A DNA stretch of 64,000 nt from Longimicrobiales bacterium (lineage in GTDB: Bacteria; Gemmatimonadota; Gemmatimonadetes; Longimicrobiales; Gaopeijiaceae). Position numbers and translations under genes: made by a program. The stretch's first letter is position 1; every line of letters begins with the position of its first letter. Location of the stretch: the NCBI GenBank assembly GCA_965203485.1, contig OZ241892.1, forward strand, positions 480,001-544,000, read 5' to 3'. Shown in pieces: positions 45,812-57,237 of this stretch. The notes under the pieces were generated by a model, which made no database searches, was not told the origin of the DNA, and saw nothing but the letters and a program-made list of their open reading frames with translations.

Positions 45812-47221
45812 CTACACCGGCGCCCGCCATTTGGTTCCACGCGCGTCGGTGCGGCCCGAGCGCGGTCCCCGCGCAACCGCCAGCTCCTCGAGCACGCCGG
45901 GGTCCGTCTCCCTGTCGGTCCTGTCGGCCAACGCTTCCGCCGCCGCCGGCGTGCCGATCCGCCCCAAGGCCCAGGCGGCGTGGGCGCGCACCAGCGGCGC
46001 CGAGTCCTCCAGCGCCTCGCGAAGCGCCGGCACGGCCTCTTCCGAGCCCCAGTTCCCCAACGCGATGCAGACGTTTCGCAACAGGCCGTTGCGCCCCGGC
46101 CGTTGCGCCGCCGACTCCGAGAACTCGCGCCTGAACCGTCTTCCCGACATCGTCAGCAGCCTCAGCGCGAGCCGGACCAGGGGTTCGCGGTCGAAGCCCG
46201 GGCGGGGCGCGTAGGCGGCATCGGTCCGGGGCGCCGAGAACTTGGCGTTCCATGGGCAGACCTCCTGGCAGATGTCGCAGCCGAACACCCGGTTCCCGAT
46301 TGCGGGCCGCAGGCCGCGCGGCACCGGGCCCTTGAGTTCGATCGTCAGGTACGAGATGCAGCGGGTCGCGTCCATGACGGGCGCGCCGGACTCGTCGCGA
46401 CCCAGAAGAGCGCCGGTCGGGCACGCGTCGAGGCAACGGCGGCAGGAGCCGCAGTGGTCTTCGGCAAAGGGGGCCGAGGCGGCCAGCGGCAGATCGGTGA
46501 GCAGGACGCCCAAGAAGAAGTACGAGCCCTTGCGGGGATGGATGAGCATCGTGTTCTTGCCGAACCAGCCGAGCCCGGCTCGTTGGGCCAGCTCCCGCTC
46601 CAGCAGCGGGCCGGTGTCGACGTAGGCGCGCCCCTCGAGGGACTGCCCGGTCTTGGCGCGGAGCCGGTCGGCGAGGGCATGAAGCCGCTCCGTCAGGACT
46701 CCGTGGTAGTCGAGGCCGCGCGCATAGCGGGCGACCAAGGCTTCGCCCGCCCGGCGTCCGCCTCGGCGCGGCGCCGGCGCCTCGCCCGCCGACCCGCCGG
46801 CATCCGGCTTCGGTGGCCGTTCTGCGCGCGCGCAGGATCGCGGAGCCGCGTCGCCGTCGCCCTCGCGAGTCGCGGGCCCTTCGGCGCAGGCGTAGGACTG
46901 CGCCACCACGATCGCGCTGCGAAACGCCGGTAGCGTGCGGGCCAAGTCGGCTCGCCGCGCCAGGGCGTCCGGCCGCGACAGGTAGGACATTCGACCATGC
47001 CGCCCGGCCCCGATCCAGCGGCGCAGGTGGGCCATGTGCGCACTCCTCCCCTCGGTGACCACGCCGGCCAAGTCGAATCCCAAGGCGTACGCTTCGGCGA
47101 GCGCCGCGCCGGTCGTGAGCGCCGTCTCGCCGGCGGGGCGGGCGGACCGCCCGGTCGCCCGCTCGGCCGAGACCAACCGGGCGCCCGAGCCCATGCGCTC
47201 GTCCAAGAAGCTCGCCGCCAC
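45812..47221 (-). CDS. queG: tRNA epoxyqueuosine reductase QueG
   Basis: ARYARGLDYH, VDTGPLLER, CGSCRRCLDACPT, CISYLTIE, FGCDICQEVCPWN, HEAT tail. Confidence 0.95.
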   Translation of the reverse strand: MAASFLDERMGSGARLVSAERATGRSARPAGETALTTGAALAEAYALGFDLAGVVTEGRSAHMAHLRRWIGAGRHGRMSYLSRPDALARRADLARTLPAFRSAIVVAQSYACAEGPATREGDGDAAPRSCARAERPPKPDAGGSAGEAPAPRRGGRRAGEALVARYARGLDYHGVLTERLHALADRLRAKTGQSLEGRAYVDTGPLLERELAQRAGLGWFGKNTMLIHPRKGSYFFLGVLLTDLPLAASAPFAEDHCGSCRRCLDACPTGALLGRDESGAPVMDATRCISYLTIELKGPVPRGLRPAIGNRVFGCDICQEVCPWNAKFSAPRTDAAYAPRPGFDREPLVRLALRLLTMSGRRFRREFSESAAQRPGRNGLLRNVCIALGNWGSEEAVPALREALEDSAPLVRAHAAWALGRIGTPAAAEALADRTDRETDPGVLEELAVARGPRSGRTDARGTKWRAPV

Positions 47222-47230
47222 GTAGGGGCC

Positions 47231-48385
47231 CTACGTCGGCGCCTGGAAGTCTCGGCCCTTCCAAGTGACGTGCGAGCGGCGCAGGGCGCTACGGGCCACC
47301 ATGCCCCAAACGACGGCCGTGGCGACCGGGTATATCAGCCCAAGCCACGGCCTGCGGTTCATGGCCCACGAAACTCCGCCCCACATTGCGGCGCTGGCCA
47401 CGTACGCGATCCCGGCCCACGCCGCGGCGGGACCTGCCGCGTACCCTGCCGCGCCGGCCAGCAACACGGTGCCCGGAAGCATCCAGAACAGCGGATAGCC
47501 GATCAGCACGCTCGCCAGCAGCAGGCGCCCGCCAACCGGCCCGAAGGTCTGCCGGGCGCCGATGCTCAGGTTCTTCGTCCAACCCCCAACGATCTCGCCG
47601 AACGACTGGTACATTCGCGCCGACAGCCCGTCCCAGTCTTCGCGCACGGAGACGCGGCGTCCCTCGCGAGCGAACATCTGAGCGAGCTTCAGGTCTTCGA
47701 CGACCGCGTCCCGGACCGCCTCGTGCCCGCCGACCGCCTCGTACGCCGACCGCCTGACCAGCACGTAATGCCCAACGGCGACCGCCCGGCGCCACTGCCG
47801 TTGCGGCACGGGCCGGTCCAGCCGGGGGAACGCCTGCAGCAGCATGAAGAACACGTGGGGCTGGACCAGACGCTCCCAGAAGCCCTCCATTTCCTGGCGT
47901 CCCGCGACCGATACCATGTCCGCGTCGTCCTCCTCCATGGCGGCCGCGGCCCTGGCCAGCGCACCGGCCTCGTGCCACGTGTCGGCATCGACGAACAGCA
48001 GCCATTCCCCGTGCGCAACCGCCACCCCTTGGTGGCATGCCCACGGCTTGCCCACCCACCCGGGCGGCACCGGGCGGCCGTTCACGACCCGGATGTCCTT
48101 GGCCCGCCCCCGGTCCGTCGCCCGGACGAGGGCGCCCGTGCCGTCGTCCGACTCGTCGTCCACGACGATCAGTTCGAAGTCGTCCCAACGGGACTGGGCC
48201 AACGAACCGACGCACCGCTCGATGTTTCGCGCTTCGTTGCGAGCGGGCACGATCACCGAAACGAACGGGCCTGGCGCTTCCCGCCTGGGGACGGGCCGGG
48301 GCCGTTTCAGGCGAAGCGCCTGCACGGCCAAGCCCGCGACCCAGAACCCCGCGAGCGCCATGGCGACCGGCCAAGTCATGGGCAC
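47231..48385 (-). CDS. Glycosyltransferase family 2 (CrtQ/HpnB-like)
   Basis: VSVIVPARNE, VDDESDDGT, GWVGKPWAC, FVDAD, VVEDL; C-terminal TM helices. Confidence 0.88.
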   Translation of the reverse strand: MPMTWPVAMALAGFWVAGLAVQALRLKRPRPVPRREAPGPFVSVIVPARNEARNIERCVGSLAQSRWDDFELIVVDDESDDGTGALVRATDRGRAKDIRVVNGRPVPPGWVGKPWACHQGVAVAHGEWLLFVDADTWHEAGALARAAAAMEEDDADMVSVAGRQEMEGFWERLVQPHVFFMLLQAFPRLDRPVPQRQWRRAVAVGHYVLVRRSAYEAVGGHEAVRDAVVEDLKLAQMFAREGRRVSVREDWDGLSARMYQSFGEIVGGWTKNLSIGARQTFGPVGGRLLLASVLIGYPLFWMLPGTVLLAGAAGYAAGPAAAWAGIAYVASAAMWGGVSWAMNRRPWLGLIYPVATAVVWGMVARSALRRSHVTWKGRDFQAPT

Positions 48386-48428
48386 GCCTTGCGTTCGTCC
48401 ACACCGTTGCTCCCGGCGAAGGCGGCGA

Positions 48429-48501
48429 CTCCCGCGGCAGGACTCGAACCTGCGACCCGACGGTTAACAGCCGTCTGCTCTACCAGCTGAGCTACGCGGG
48501 A
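48429..48501 (-). tRNA. tRNA-Asn (GTT)
   Basis: TCCCGCG acceptor stem, TAGCTCAG..GGTAGAGC D arm, GACGG-CTGTTAA-CCGTC, GGTTCGAGTCC; CCA not encoded. Confidence 0.96.
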
Positions 48502-48717
48502 TTCCACTGCGCCAAGCGCAGAGGTCGAACAATCGCGGCTCCCTCGGCGGGCGTCAATCCCGCGCCGACCCGCCTCCGAGGCCGACCGGCCCGCCCGGAG
48601 CCAACCGCCTGCAAGCGCTTGCCCCGCCGCACCTGCGCTGCCCATAGATTACGAGGCGGCCGGCGACGGTCGGCGGGACCGGCCGCTTCTCTCATGAATG
48701 AAGGCGTGGGTCCGGAG

Positions 48718-49227
48718 ATGAATCGCTTCAAGCAGAGGGCGGCAACGGCGATCGTTGCCATCCTAGTGGCCGCATGCGGCATCCGCACGCGCTCTTCCTT
48801 GCCCGACGCCAACGCGGGCACCATCATCACGGCCGCCGAGATCGCGCGCAGCGAGGCGACGACGATGTGGGAGGCGCTTCAGCGGACCGTTCGCCATGTC
48901 CGTTTCGAAGAAGCGGGCAACGGCAAGCCCGTGCGCGCGCACCGGCGGGGCGCGTCCAGCATCGTCGTGGTCGAGGAGATCCCCGTCTTCATAGACCGCG
49001 TGCGCGTTCCCAACCTCTCCGTGCTCGCCTCGCTCCCGGCCGGGAGCATCTCGCGGATCCAGGTCCTCACCGGAATCCATGCGACCACCCTCTACGGCAC
49101 CAACGCCGGCGACGGCGTCATTCTGATCCACACGCGTGAGGGCGCCGACCCTCCCAGCGCGGGCCCGGCCGGCGCGAGTCGCCCAAGCACGCCCGTCTCC
49201 CCCGGCCCGGGCCCGCGCCACACGTAG
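48718..49227 (+). CDS. Small lipoprotein with TonB-dependent receptor plug-like domain
   Basis: VAAC lipobox; IITAAEI, ISRIQVL, ATTLYGT..GDGVILIHT. Confidence 0.75.
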   Translation: MNRFKQRAATAIVAILVAACGIRTRSSLPDANAGTIITAAEIARSEATTMWEALQRTVRHVRFEEAGNGKPVRAHRRGASSIVVVEEIPVFIDRVRVPNLSVLASLPAGSISRIQVLTGIHATTLYGTNAGDGVILIHTREGADPPSAGPAGASRPSTPVSPGPGPRHT

Positions 49228-49358
49228 CCGGTTCCATCCGAAGGGCGCGCCCGAGTCGGTCCAAGCACGCCATCTCCCTCGGTCGCCGGCCCCGACCCGC
49301 CCGACGAACAGGGGGCGCCCCGCCATCGCGGCGAGACGCCCCCTGGGGCGACCTGCGC

Positions 49359-50681
49359 CTACGCCCCGCGGCTGATGCAGATGTCGCCGGTGGCCTGCAG
49401 CTCGGCGAGCGCTTCGTTCTCGTGCTCCTCGAACGGGATCGGGAAGTTCACGTCCGTGCCGTAGACGCCGCCCTTGAAGAAGGCGCCCGTGGGGAACACG
49501 TCCTCCGGCGAAAAGGAATGTTGCCGGATCATCCGGCGAAGGTCGCCGACCCGATGGCCGGTGGCGAACAGCCAGCGCGCCCGCTCCTCGAAGACGAGTC
49601 GCATCCGGCTCGTCGCCGCGCCCGGATCCGTCAGCGCGTTCAGCGAAGCCGTCCGCCGCAACGCGTTCAGCGTCTCCAGCCACGGTCCTGCCGGCCCTTG
49701 GGAGGACAGCTCGTGCTCGGCCTGGATCAGCCGTGCCTCGATGCCGCTGGCGAGTGCCACGTCCGACTCCCAGGAATCGTACTTGAGCTGATGAAACAGC
49801 GGCGTGTTCTCGTCGAATCCGTTCGTCCCCGCGTCCCGCCAGGACACGCGCGCATCCTCCTCCGAACGGAAGGGCACGCCGTTCCCGCCTTCGCCGTCCG
49901 AGATCGACCAACGCCGCTGGCTCACGTTGAGTTCGTAGATCGCGTTGCGCTGGCCGAACTCGCCGCCCTCCTTGCTCCGAATCATGTAGGTCCAGTCCGT
50001 CGGCACGTTCGCCGCCGCGGAGGCCGCGCCGACGAGGTCGCCCAGCGAGAGGCGCGCCCGGGCCAGCCCCAACGCCGCCAAGGCGCTCTGGTCGGCATTG
50101 CCCGCCGCGGCCGCGTCGGCGCTGCCGAAGCTCTCGGCCGCCGTCTGGAAGATCTGCTCCGTGGTCTGGCGGTCGCCGTACACGATGTCCCCTTCGTTCG
50201 GCGTCGCGCTGAACGGCACGCCCGAGCAGTAGTTCTCGCCGAAGAAGATGTTGGCGAAGCCGTTCAGGTTCCACATCTCCGCGATCCGGGCGTCGCCCGG
50301 CAGCAAGTCCGCCATCCGGTCGGCGGCGTTCTGCGTGGCCACGCGCGCCCGGTGCAACTGGCGGTACTGCCCCAGCAGCGTGCCGTTCCTGTCGTCCATC
50401 TCGCGCCGGTCCACTTGGTTGCGGGTCGGGAACGTGCCCGACAGATGGAACTCGTCGGACAGCATCCCCACATACACCACCTGCCCCCCCCCGCCGCTCG
50501 AGAACGCCGAGGCGAACTGGCCGATGGCTCCGGCCCAGTACAGCTCCGCCCCCTTCGCGCCCACGACGTCGCCGGGCGTCACGATGTCGGGGTCGACGAC
50601 CTCCAGCAGGTCGCTGCACGCGGACCCCGTGACGGCCAGCGCCGCCAACGCGACCCAAGCCTGCTTCTTGAAGCTCTTCAT
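49359..50681 (-). CDS. SusD/RagB family lipoprotein
   Basis: GSAC lipobox, LSDEF, EARLIQAE, EERARWLFATGHRVGDLRR, FPIP; downstream of susC. Confidence 0.88.
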   Translation of the reverse strand: MKSFKKQAWVALAALAVTGSACSDLLEVVDPDIVTPGDVVGAKGAELYWAGAIGQFASAFSSGGGGQVVYVGMLSDEFHLSGTFPTRNQVDRREMDDRNGTLLGQYRQLHRARVATQNAADRMADLLPGDARIAEMWNLNGFANIFFGENYCSGVPFSATPNEGDIVYGDRQTTEQIFQTAAESFGSADAAAAGNADQSALAALGLARARLSLGDLVGAASAAANVPTDWTYMIRSKEGGEFGQRNAIYELNVSQRRWSISDGEGGNGVPFRSEEDARVSWRDAGTNGFDENTPLFHQLKYDSWESDVALASGIEARLIQAEHELSSQGPAGPWLETLNALRRTASLNALTDPGAATSRMRLVFEERARWLFATGHRVGDLRRMIRQHSFSPEDVFPTGAFFKGGVYGTDVNFPIPFEEHENEALAELQATGDICISRGA

Positions 50682-50692
50682 TGATCGGTCTC

Positions 50693-53600
50693 CTAGAATG
50701 TGAAGTTCACGCGCAGCGTGTAGTAGCGAACGGGCGGCTGCGTCAGGAACTCGGACACGCCGAAGTTGTCGCCGGAACCGTTCCAGTTGATCTCGGGATC
50801 CATGCCCGTGTAGTCGGTCCACACGCCCAGGTTGCGCCCGGTCAGCACCACCTGCGCGCGCGACGCGCCCATGCGGCCGGCGATCGACTGGGGGAGCGAG
50901 TAGCTCAGCGAGACCTCGCGGAGCTTCACGAAGTCGCCCTTCTCCATGTACCCCGCCACCGTCTGGCTTGGGTGCAGCACGGCCGCGACCGCCCGCGCTT
51001 GCTCGTCGAGCGGCGACGCCGGATCGATGAGACCCTGGCAAATCCGGAAACGGCAACGGAACCGTTCCGTGTTGTTGTAGGCGATGTAGTCGCCGCGATA
51101 GTCGAGCAACCCGTAGACGCGAAAGTCGCCGAACAGCGAGATGCTGGTCGAGAACGTCAGCTGGTTCTCGGGCTGGCCCGGCCCCAGGTACACGATCGTG
51201 TCGCCGACGACCAGCTCGTCCGGCGTGATGATCCCGTTGCCGTCGGCGTCGCTCCAGCTCTCGATCGGCCGGCTCCACTGGCTGCCCAGCGGGAAGCCGG
51301 GCACGAACCGCGTCTGCGACCCGATCGGCTCGGTCCCTTCGCCCAGCGACACCAGCTCGTTCTGGTTGATCGAACCGGCCAGCGTCACGTCCCACGCGAC
51401 GTTGTCGGTCTCCACGACGGTGCTGCTGACCGACAGCTCGAATCCCCTGTTGGACACGTCGCCGATGTTGATCCACCGGCTCGCGCTCGCGCCCAGCGAC
51501 GGCGCCAGCGGCACCGTGATCAGCGCCCCGCTGGTGGCCTTGTCGTAGTAGGTGAACTCGACGGCCGCCCGTCCGCCGAACATCTCGGCGTCGAAGCCGG
51601 CCTCGATCTCGCTCGACTCCTCCGGCTCCAGCGTGCTGTTGCCGATGTTGCCGATCGACACGCCCGATCCCGTCTGGTCGGCCGGCGTCGTGATGGCGCT
51701 CGCCGACAGCGTCCGAATCGCGTCGTCGGATCCGGGCTGCACGCCCGACTTGCCCCACGCGACGCGGAACCGCAGCTGGTCGAGGAACGCGAGGTCGGGG
51801 AAGAACGCCTCCTCCGAGGCGATCCACGAGACGCCCGCCTTGGGATAGTAGATCAGGTCGAAGTCCTGGCCGAACGCGCTGTTGTCGTCGGCCCGGATCG
51901 CGCCGGTCGCGAAGAGGCGGTCGTTGAGGCCGAACGTCTGCTCCACGAAGACGCCCGCCGTCTTGTCGAACGTGTGGAACTCGCCGGAGAACGTCTCGGC
52001 GGCCGCTCCGATCGAAGACGCGCCGTTGACGATGTCGATTCCCCAGGCGTTCGTGCCCTCGTACTGGTTCTCGAAGTACTGGACGCCGACCGAGGTCTGC
52101 GACGAGACCGCGGCCGTGAGGTCGAAGGACGCCTTGCCGCTGGCGTCCAGCGTGTACTGGTACTGGTTGATTCGGTCGGTGTCCTTGCGGCCCAGGTTGC
52201 GTTGGCCGGGCACGCCGATGTCGCGTCCGAAGAAGGAAATGTCCTTGCGGCTGTAGAAGTCCATACCGGCCGTCGCCCGGGCCGTGAGCCACTCGAACGG
52301 ATCCCAGCCCACCGTCCCGCTCGCCGTCAGCCGCTGGATGTCCTGGTACAACGTCCGCCCGAACAGCTGGGCGGGGGCCTGGAAGCCCCAAGGACGCTCC
52401 CGGGTCGAACTCCCCAAGAACGCGCTGGGAAGCAAGCCGAACGAGTTGTTGTCGTTGCCCATGTAGGCGAAGTGGCTGTCCAGGTAGCCCGTGCGCACCG
52501 AGAGCGTCACGTTGTCGGCGATCTGGCTGTTGAGGTTGACGCGCAGGTTGCGCCTCTTGAGCTGGTTCGGGCGTCGAACCTCGCTCGTGATGGGGATGCC
52601 CCGCTCCTCGAGATCGAGGCGGTCCGGTTCCGGCAGCTTGTACGGGCCGACCTCGGTCTCCATCTCGCCCGCCACGTAGTAGTTCATCCGTTCGTTCCCG
52701 CCGGACAGCGACAGGCCCAGCTGGCCTCGCCCGCCGCGGTCGATCGGCGAATACTCGGGATCGTGCAGCACCTGGAAGGTGTCCAGCCCTTTCTGAGTGC
52801 AGCGTCCGGCGACGACGTCGTTGAGCAGGCACCGGCGGGCGTAGGCCGTGCCCGCGTCTCCCAGGCCCGCGTAGTTGAGCGGATAGGTGTTGGGCTCTTG
52901 AATGAGTCCGCCCTCCGCCCAGACGTTCCAGCGCGTGTCGCCGGGCTGGCCGCGCTTCGTCGTGATGCGGATCACGCCGTTCGCGGCCTCCGTGCCGTAG
53001 AGCGTCGCCGCCGACGGCCCCTTGACGATCTCGATGTCCTCGATGTCTTCCAGGTTGAAGTCGTCGAGCCGGGAAGACTCTTGGCCGCCCGCGCCCAGCC
53101 CGCTGTTGCGCGAGTCCACGCGGATGCCGTCCACGTACACCAGCGGGTCGTTCGAGAGCGAAATGGAGCTGGCGCCGCGAATGCGGACGCGCGACCCCAC
53201 GCCCGAAGTTCCTGCCGAACTGAGCACTTGAACGCCTGCCGACCGTCCCTGGAGCAGGTCCGCCAAGTTGTTGGCGGGCAGTTCGGGGACCAAGTCGGCG
53301 GCGTCGATGCCGGCGACCGAGTTGGGCAGCTCCCGCTTCCGCTGCTCGCCCGTCGCCGTGACGACGATGCCGTCGAGCTGGAGCGTGGACACGGTCAGGT
53401 CGAAGTTGACTTGGGCCGTCCCGCCCGGGGCGACCGTGAACTCGTGCGCCACCGGGCCGTAGCCGACCGACACGGCGCGCAGCGAGTGTTGCCCGGGCGG
53501 GATGTTGGGCAGAAGGAACCGGCCTTCGGCGTTCGAGAGGGTCGAGTAGTTTGTTCCCTCGACGAAGACGGCCGCGCCCACGATGGGCTGGCCGGAGTCC

Positions 53601-53707
53601 CCGTCGCGAACGATGCCGGTCGCGGCGCCGCGGTCTTGCGCGGCCAGCCCCGCCGACAGGAGCGCCGCCGCCGTCGCGGCAACGCCGATCTGACGAAGTA
53701 GCGTCAT
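50693..53707 (-). CDS. SusC/RagA family TonB-dependent receptor
   Basis: Signal peptide, RIRGASSI, DIEIVKGPSAATLYGTEAANGVIRITTK, FVKLREVSL, YTGMDPE, terminal F. Confidence 0.93.
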   Translation of the reverse strand: MTLLRQIGVAATAAALLSAGLAAQDRGAATGIVRDGDSGQPIVGAAVFVEGTNYSTLSNAEGRFLLPNIPPGQHSLRAVSVGYGPVAHEFTVAPGGTAQVNFDLTVSTLQLDGIVVTATGEQRKRELPNSVAGIDAADLVPELPANNLADLLQGRSAGVQVLSSAGTSGVGSRVRIRGASSISLSNDPLVYVDGIRVDSRNSGLGAGGQESSRLDDFNLEDIEDIEIVKGPSAATLYGTEAANGVIRITTKRGQPGDTRWNVWAEGGLIQEPNTYPLNYAGLGDAGTAYARRCLLNDVVAGRCTQKGLDTFQVLHDPEYSPIDRGGRGQLGLSLSGGNERMNYYVAGEMETEVGPYKLPEPDRLDLEERGIPITSEVRRPNQLKRRNLRVNLNSQIADNVTLSVRTGYLDSHFAYMGNDNNSFGLLPSAFLGSSTRERPWGFQAPAQLFGRTLYQDIQRLTASGTVGWDPFEWLTARATAGMDFYSRKDISFFGRDIGVPGQRNLGRKDTDRINQYQYTLDASGKASFDLTAAVSSQTSVGVQYFENQYEGTNAWGIDIVNGASSIGAAAETFSGEFHTFDKTAGVFVEQTFGLNDRLFATGAIRADDNSAFGQDFDLIYYPKAGVSWIASEEAFFPDLAFLDQLRFRVAWGKSGVQPGSDDAIRTLSASAITTPADQTGSGVSIGNIGNSTLEPEESSEIEAGFDAEMFGGRAAVEFTYYDKATSGALITVPLAPSLGASASRWINIGDVSNRGFELSVSSTVVETDNVAWDVTLAGSINQNELVSLGEGTEPIGSQTRFVPGFPLGSQWSRPIESWSDADGNGIITPDELVVGDTIVYLGPGQPENQLTFSTSISLFGDFRVYGLLDYRGDYIAYNNTERFRCRFRICQGLIDPASPLDEQARAVAAVLHPSQTVAGYMEKGDFVKLREVSLSYSLPQSIAGRMGASRAQVVLTGRNLGVWTDYTGMDPEINWNGSGDNFGVSEFLTQPPVRYYTLRVNFTF

Positions 53708-53965
53708 TTCGTCTCTCCAAGAAGAGTGTGCATGGATTGCGTCCGCCCAGGCCTGCGGCGTCGCTCCTCGGGGAGCGCGGCGGCCCATGCGCAGTCCGGC
53801 GGACAACATGACTGCAGACGCCGTCAAGCATAAGGCGCGCGGCGTTCCTTGGCCAGAGGGCAACGCCCGCTTCGGCGCCGCGGGCTCCGCGCTGGGGGCC
53901 AGCCGTGCCCGCGGACGCCGAAGCGGCGCCTCTGAGCCGCCGCCCCGGCCCGCGGGCCGCGCCCC

Positions 53966-55000
53966 TCACACGTTGAACCGGACGTGCACGACGTCTCCGT
54001 CCTCGACTACGTAGTCCTTCCCCTCCACGCGCATCTTGCCTGCCGCCTTGGCCGCCGCCTCGGATCCGTGCTCGGCCAACGCCTCCCAGGACGTGACCTC
54101 CGCCCGGATGAAGCCGCGCTCCAAGTCGCTGTGAATGCGCCCCGCCGCCCGCCTCGCCGTCGTTCCCCGGCGAATTGTCCACGCCCGCACTTCGTCCTCG
54201 CCCACGGTAAAGAACGCGATCAGGCCCATCAGGTCGTGCGCGGTGCGCACAAACCGGGCCAGCGCGGGCTCCTCCAGACCGATGTCATTGAGGAAGGCCC
54301 GCTGGTCCGCGCGGTCCAGCGTCGCGATTTCGGCCTCGGCGCGGGCCGAGAGCGCCATTGCGGCCCCGCCGGCGGCTTCGACGCGGGCCGCCAGCGTCTC
54401 GTCCAGCGGCTCCGACGCCCGGTGCTCGTCCTTGTTCACGGCCACCAGCAGCGGCAAGTCCGTGAGGAGTCCGTAGCCCTTCAGGAACCGCCGGTCGAGC
54501 TCGGTCTCGGGCACCAGCCGCAACGGCGACTCGCCGGCCAGCGCCGCCGTCATGATCTCGAAGGCGGCGATCTCGCGTTCGTCCGCCCGCTCCTTCCGAG
54601 CGCGGTCCAGCCGCCGCTCGGCGATGGCGAGGTCGGCCAGCACGCACTCCTCCAGGAACAAGGCCAGCGCGCGTTCCGCTCCGGCCTCCCCCGCGCCCCC
54701 GCCGCCCACGAAGTCGGCGAGCACCAAGCAGATGGCGTCCTGCTCCCTCATGCGCTGCAACGTGCGCGGCTCCAGCGCGCCGCCGCCGTGGTCGCCCGGC
54801 ACGTCGCAGAAGTTCACGGCCGCGCAGGTCGTCTTGCGCGGCGAGTACAGGCGGGACAAGAAGTCGACCCGGGGGTCGCTCACCGGCACGGCCGCCAGTC
54901 GCACCTCGCCTCCGTGCCCGGTCGGCGCCTCCAAGCCGGTGAGCGCGTTGAACAGCGTCGTCTTGCCCGATCCGGCGAAACCCGCCAATCCGAACTTCAT
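53966..55000 (-). CDS. ychF: YchF-like Obg-family ATPase (DUF933/TGS)
   Basis: GFAGSGKTTLFNALT, FFTVGEDEVRAW, AGRIHSDLERGFIRAE, EGKDYVVEDGD. Confidence 0.85.
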   Translation of the reverse strand: MKFGLAGFAGSGKTTLFNALTGLEAPTGHGGEVRLAAVPVSDPRVDFLSRLYSPRKTTCAAVNFCDVPGDHGGGALEPRTLQRMREQDAICLVLADFVGGGGAGEAGAERALALFLEECVLADLAIAERRLDRARKERADEREIAAFEIMTAALAGESPLRLVPETELDRRFLKGYGLLTDLPLLVAVNKDEHRASEPLDETLAARVEAAGGAAMALSARAEAEIATLDRADQRAFLNDIGLEEPALARFVRTAHDLMGLIAFFTVGEDEVRAWTIRRGTTARRAAGRIHSDLERGFIRAEVTSWEALAEHGSEAAAKAAGKMRVEGKDYVVEDGDVVHVRFNV

Positions 55001-55309
55001 GGAGCCTTCCTTGCGGCAGTTGCCCGCCCGGCAAAGGGCCCTCGCGGGCGCGCATGACGATAACCAGCGAAACGCGGGTTCTCCCATTCTTGCCATTCCC
55101 GCGCGATGCCGCGTCCGGGCGCCGGGGGCCGGCACGGGCTCCGCCTGCCGCGGGCGGCCCCGGACCGGTCCCAAAAAGCCGGCGAGCGCTCCCGCGCGCG
55201 AACCGCCTCGTCTTTGGGCCCGGGCGCCCCCCTTGGCGTCGCGCGGTTCCTTGGTTAGCTTCCCATGCTGGACTTCGACCGGGGGTGCGGTTCCGGCGGA
55301 GTCCGGACT

Positions 55310-55392
55310 GGTGGGGTACCGAAGCGGCCAACCGGGGCAGACTGTAAATCTGCTGGCTCACGCCTACGTAGGTTCGAATCCTACCCCCACCA
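55310..55392 (+). tRNA. tRNA-Tyr (GTA)
   Basis: GGTGGGG/CCCCACC stem, GCAGA-CTGTAAA-TCTGC, long variable arm, GGTTCGAATCC. Confidence 0.96.
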
Positions 55393-55436
55393 TGGGCGGA
55401 AAGGACGGGTTCCGGGCTCGCGAGCCCGTTCGCGTC

Positions 55437-55510
55437 GCGGGAGTAGCTCAGTTGGCTAGAGCGTCAGCCTTCCAAGCTGAGGGTCGCCGGTTCGAGTCCG
55501 GTCTCCCGCT
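55437..55510 (+). tRNA. tRNA-Gly (TCC)
   Basis: GCGGGAG/CTCCCGC stem, TCAGC-CTTCCAA-GCTGA, GGTTCGAGTCC. Confidence 0.96.
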
Positions 55511-55577
55511 CTGGCGTGGTTGCTTGCCGGGCTCGCCGAAGGGTCCGGCGTGGCGGCCTGCCCGCAAGGATTGGGGC

Positions 55578-55649
55578 GCTCTGGTAGCTCAGTGGTAGAG
55601 CGCTTCCTTGGTAAGGAAGAGGTCGCGGGTTCGATCCCCGCCCAGAGCT
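55578..55649 (+). tRNA. tRNA-Thr (GGT)
   Basis: GCTCTGG/CCAGAGC stem, TTCCT-TGGTAAG-GAA region with GGT anticodon, GGTTCGATCCC; usual position upstream of tuf. Confidence 0.96.
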
Positions 55650-55802
55650 TGGCGGAAACGCGCGGCGAGGCCGAACGGCTCGACGCCCAGCCGCGAAGCG
55701 CAGGCGCGCCCCGCCGAGGGGCCGCCGAAGAAACCAAGGCCCGCAGGGGCCGCCGAGAAATCAAGCGCCGAGAGGCGCCGCACCACCGGCGAGGGGGTAG
55801 AG

Positions 55803-56993
<1,191 letters not shown>

Positions 56994-57033
56994 GCCGGAC
57001 CGGGCCGCTCCCGCTCAGCGAACGACGTCCGCC

Positions 57034-57237
57034 ATGTCCCGCTTGTCCGGCGCCAAGCTCTTCGTGGAAGAGTGCGTGTCCGAGATGGAGAAGGTCACGT
57101 GGCCCGACCGCGCCCAGCTTCGCAACGCCACGTGGGTGGTCATCGCGTTCACGATCCTCATCTCCATCGTCATCTGGTTCATGGACCTGGTTTCGCGCCT
57201 GGTCTTGGTCGACTTCGTCATGGGACTGTTCCGATGA
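57034..57237 (+). CDS. secE: Preprotein translocase subunit SecE
   Basis: EMEKVTWP followed by a TM helix. Confidence 0.93.
   Translation: MSRLSGAKLFVEECVSEMEKVTWPDRAQLRNATWVVIAFTILISIVIWFMDLVSRLVLVDFVMGLFR

Noticed and set aside
48429..48501. tRNA-Asn as integration site for the defence region
   Set aside because: About 7 kb of core genes intervene; no duplicated tRNA 3' end or integrase was noticed.
49359..54182. 1607-aa ORF suggesting a giant fusion
   Set aside because: Only the last 440 aa (SusD, from 50681) look real; the rest is an alternate frame over susC.
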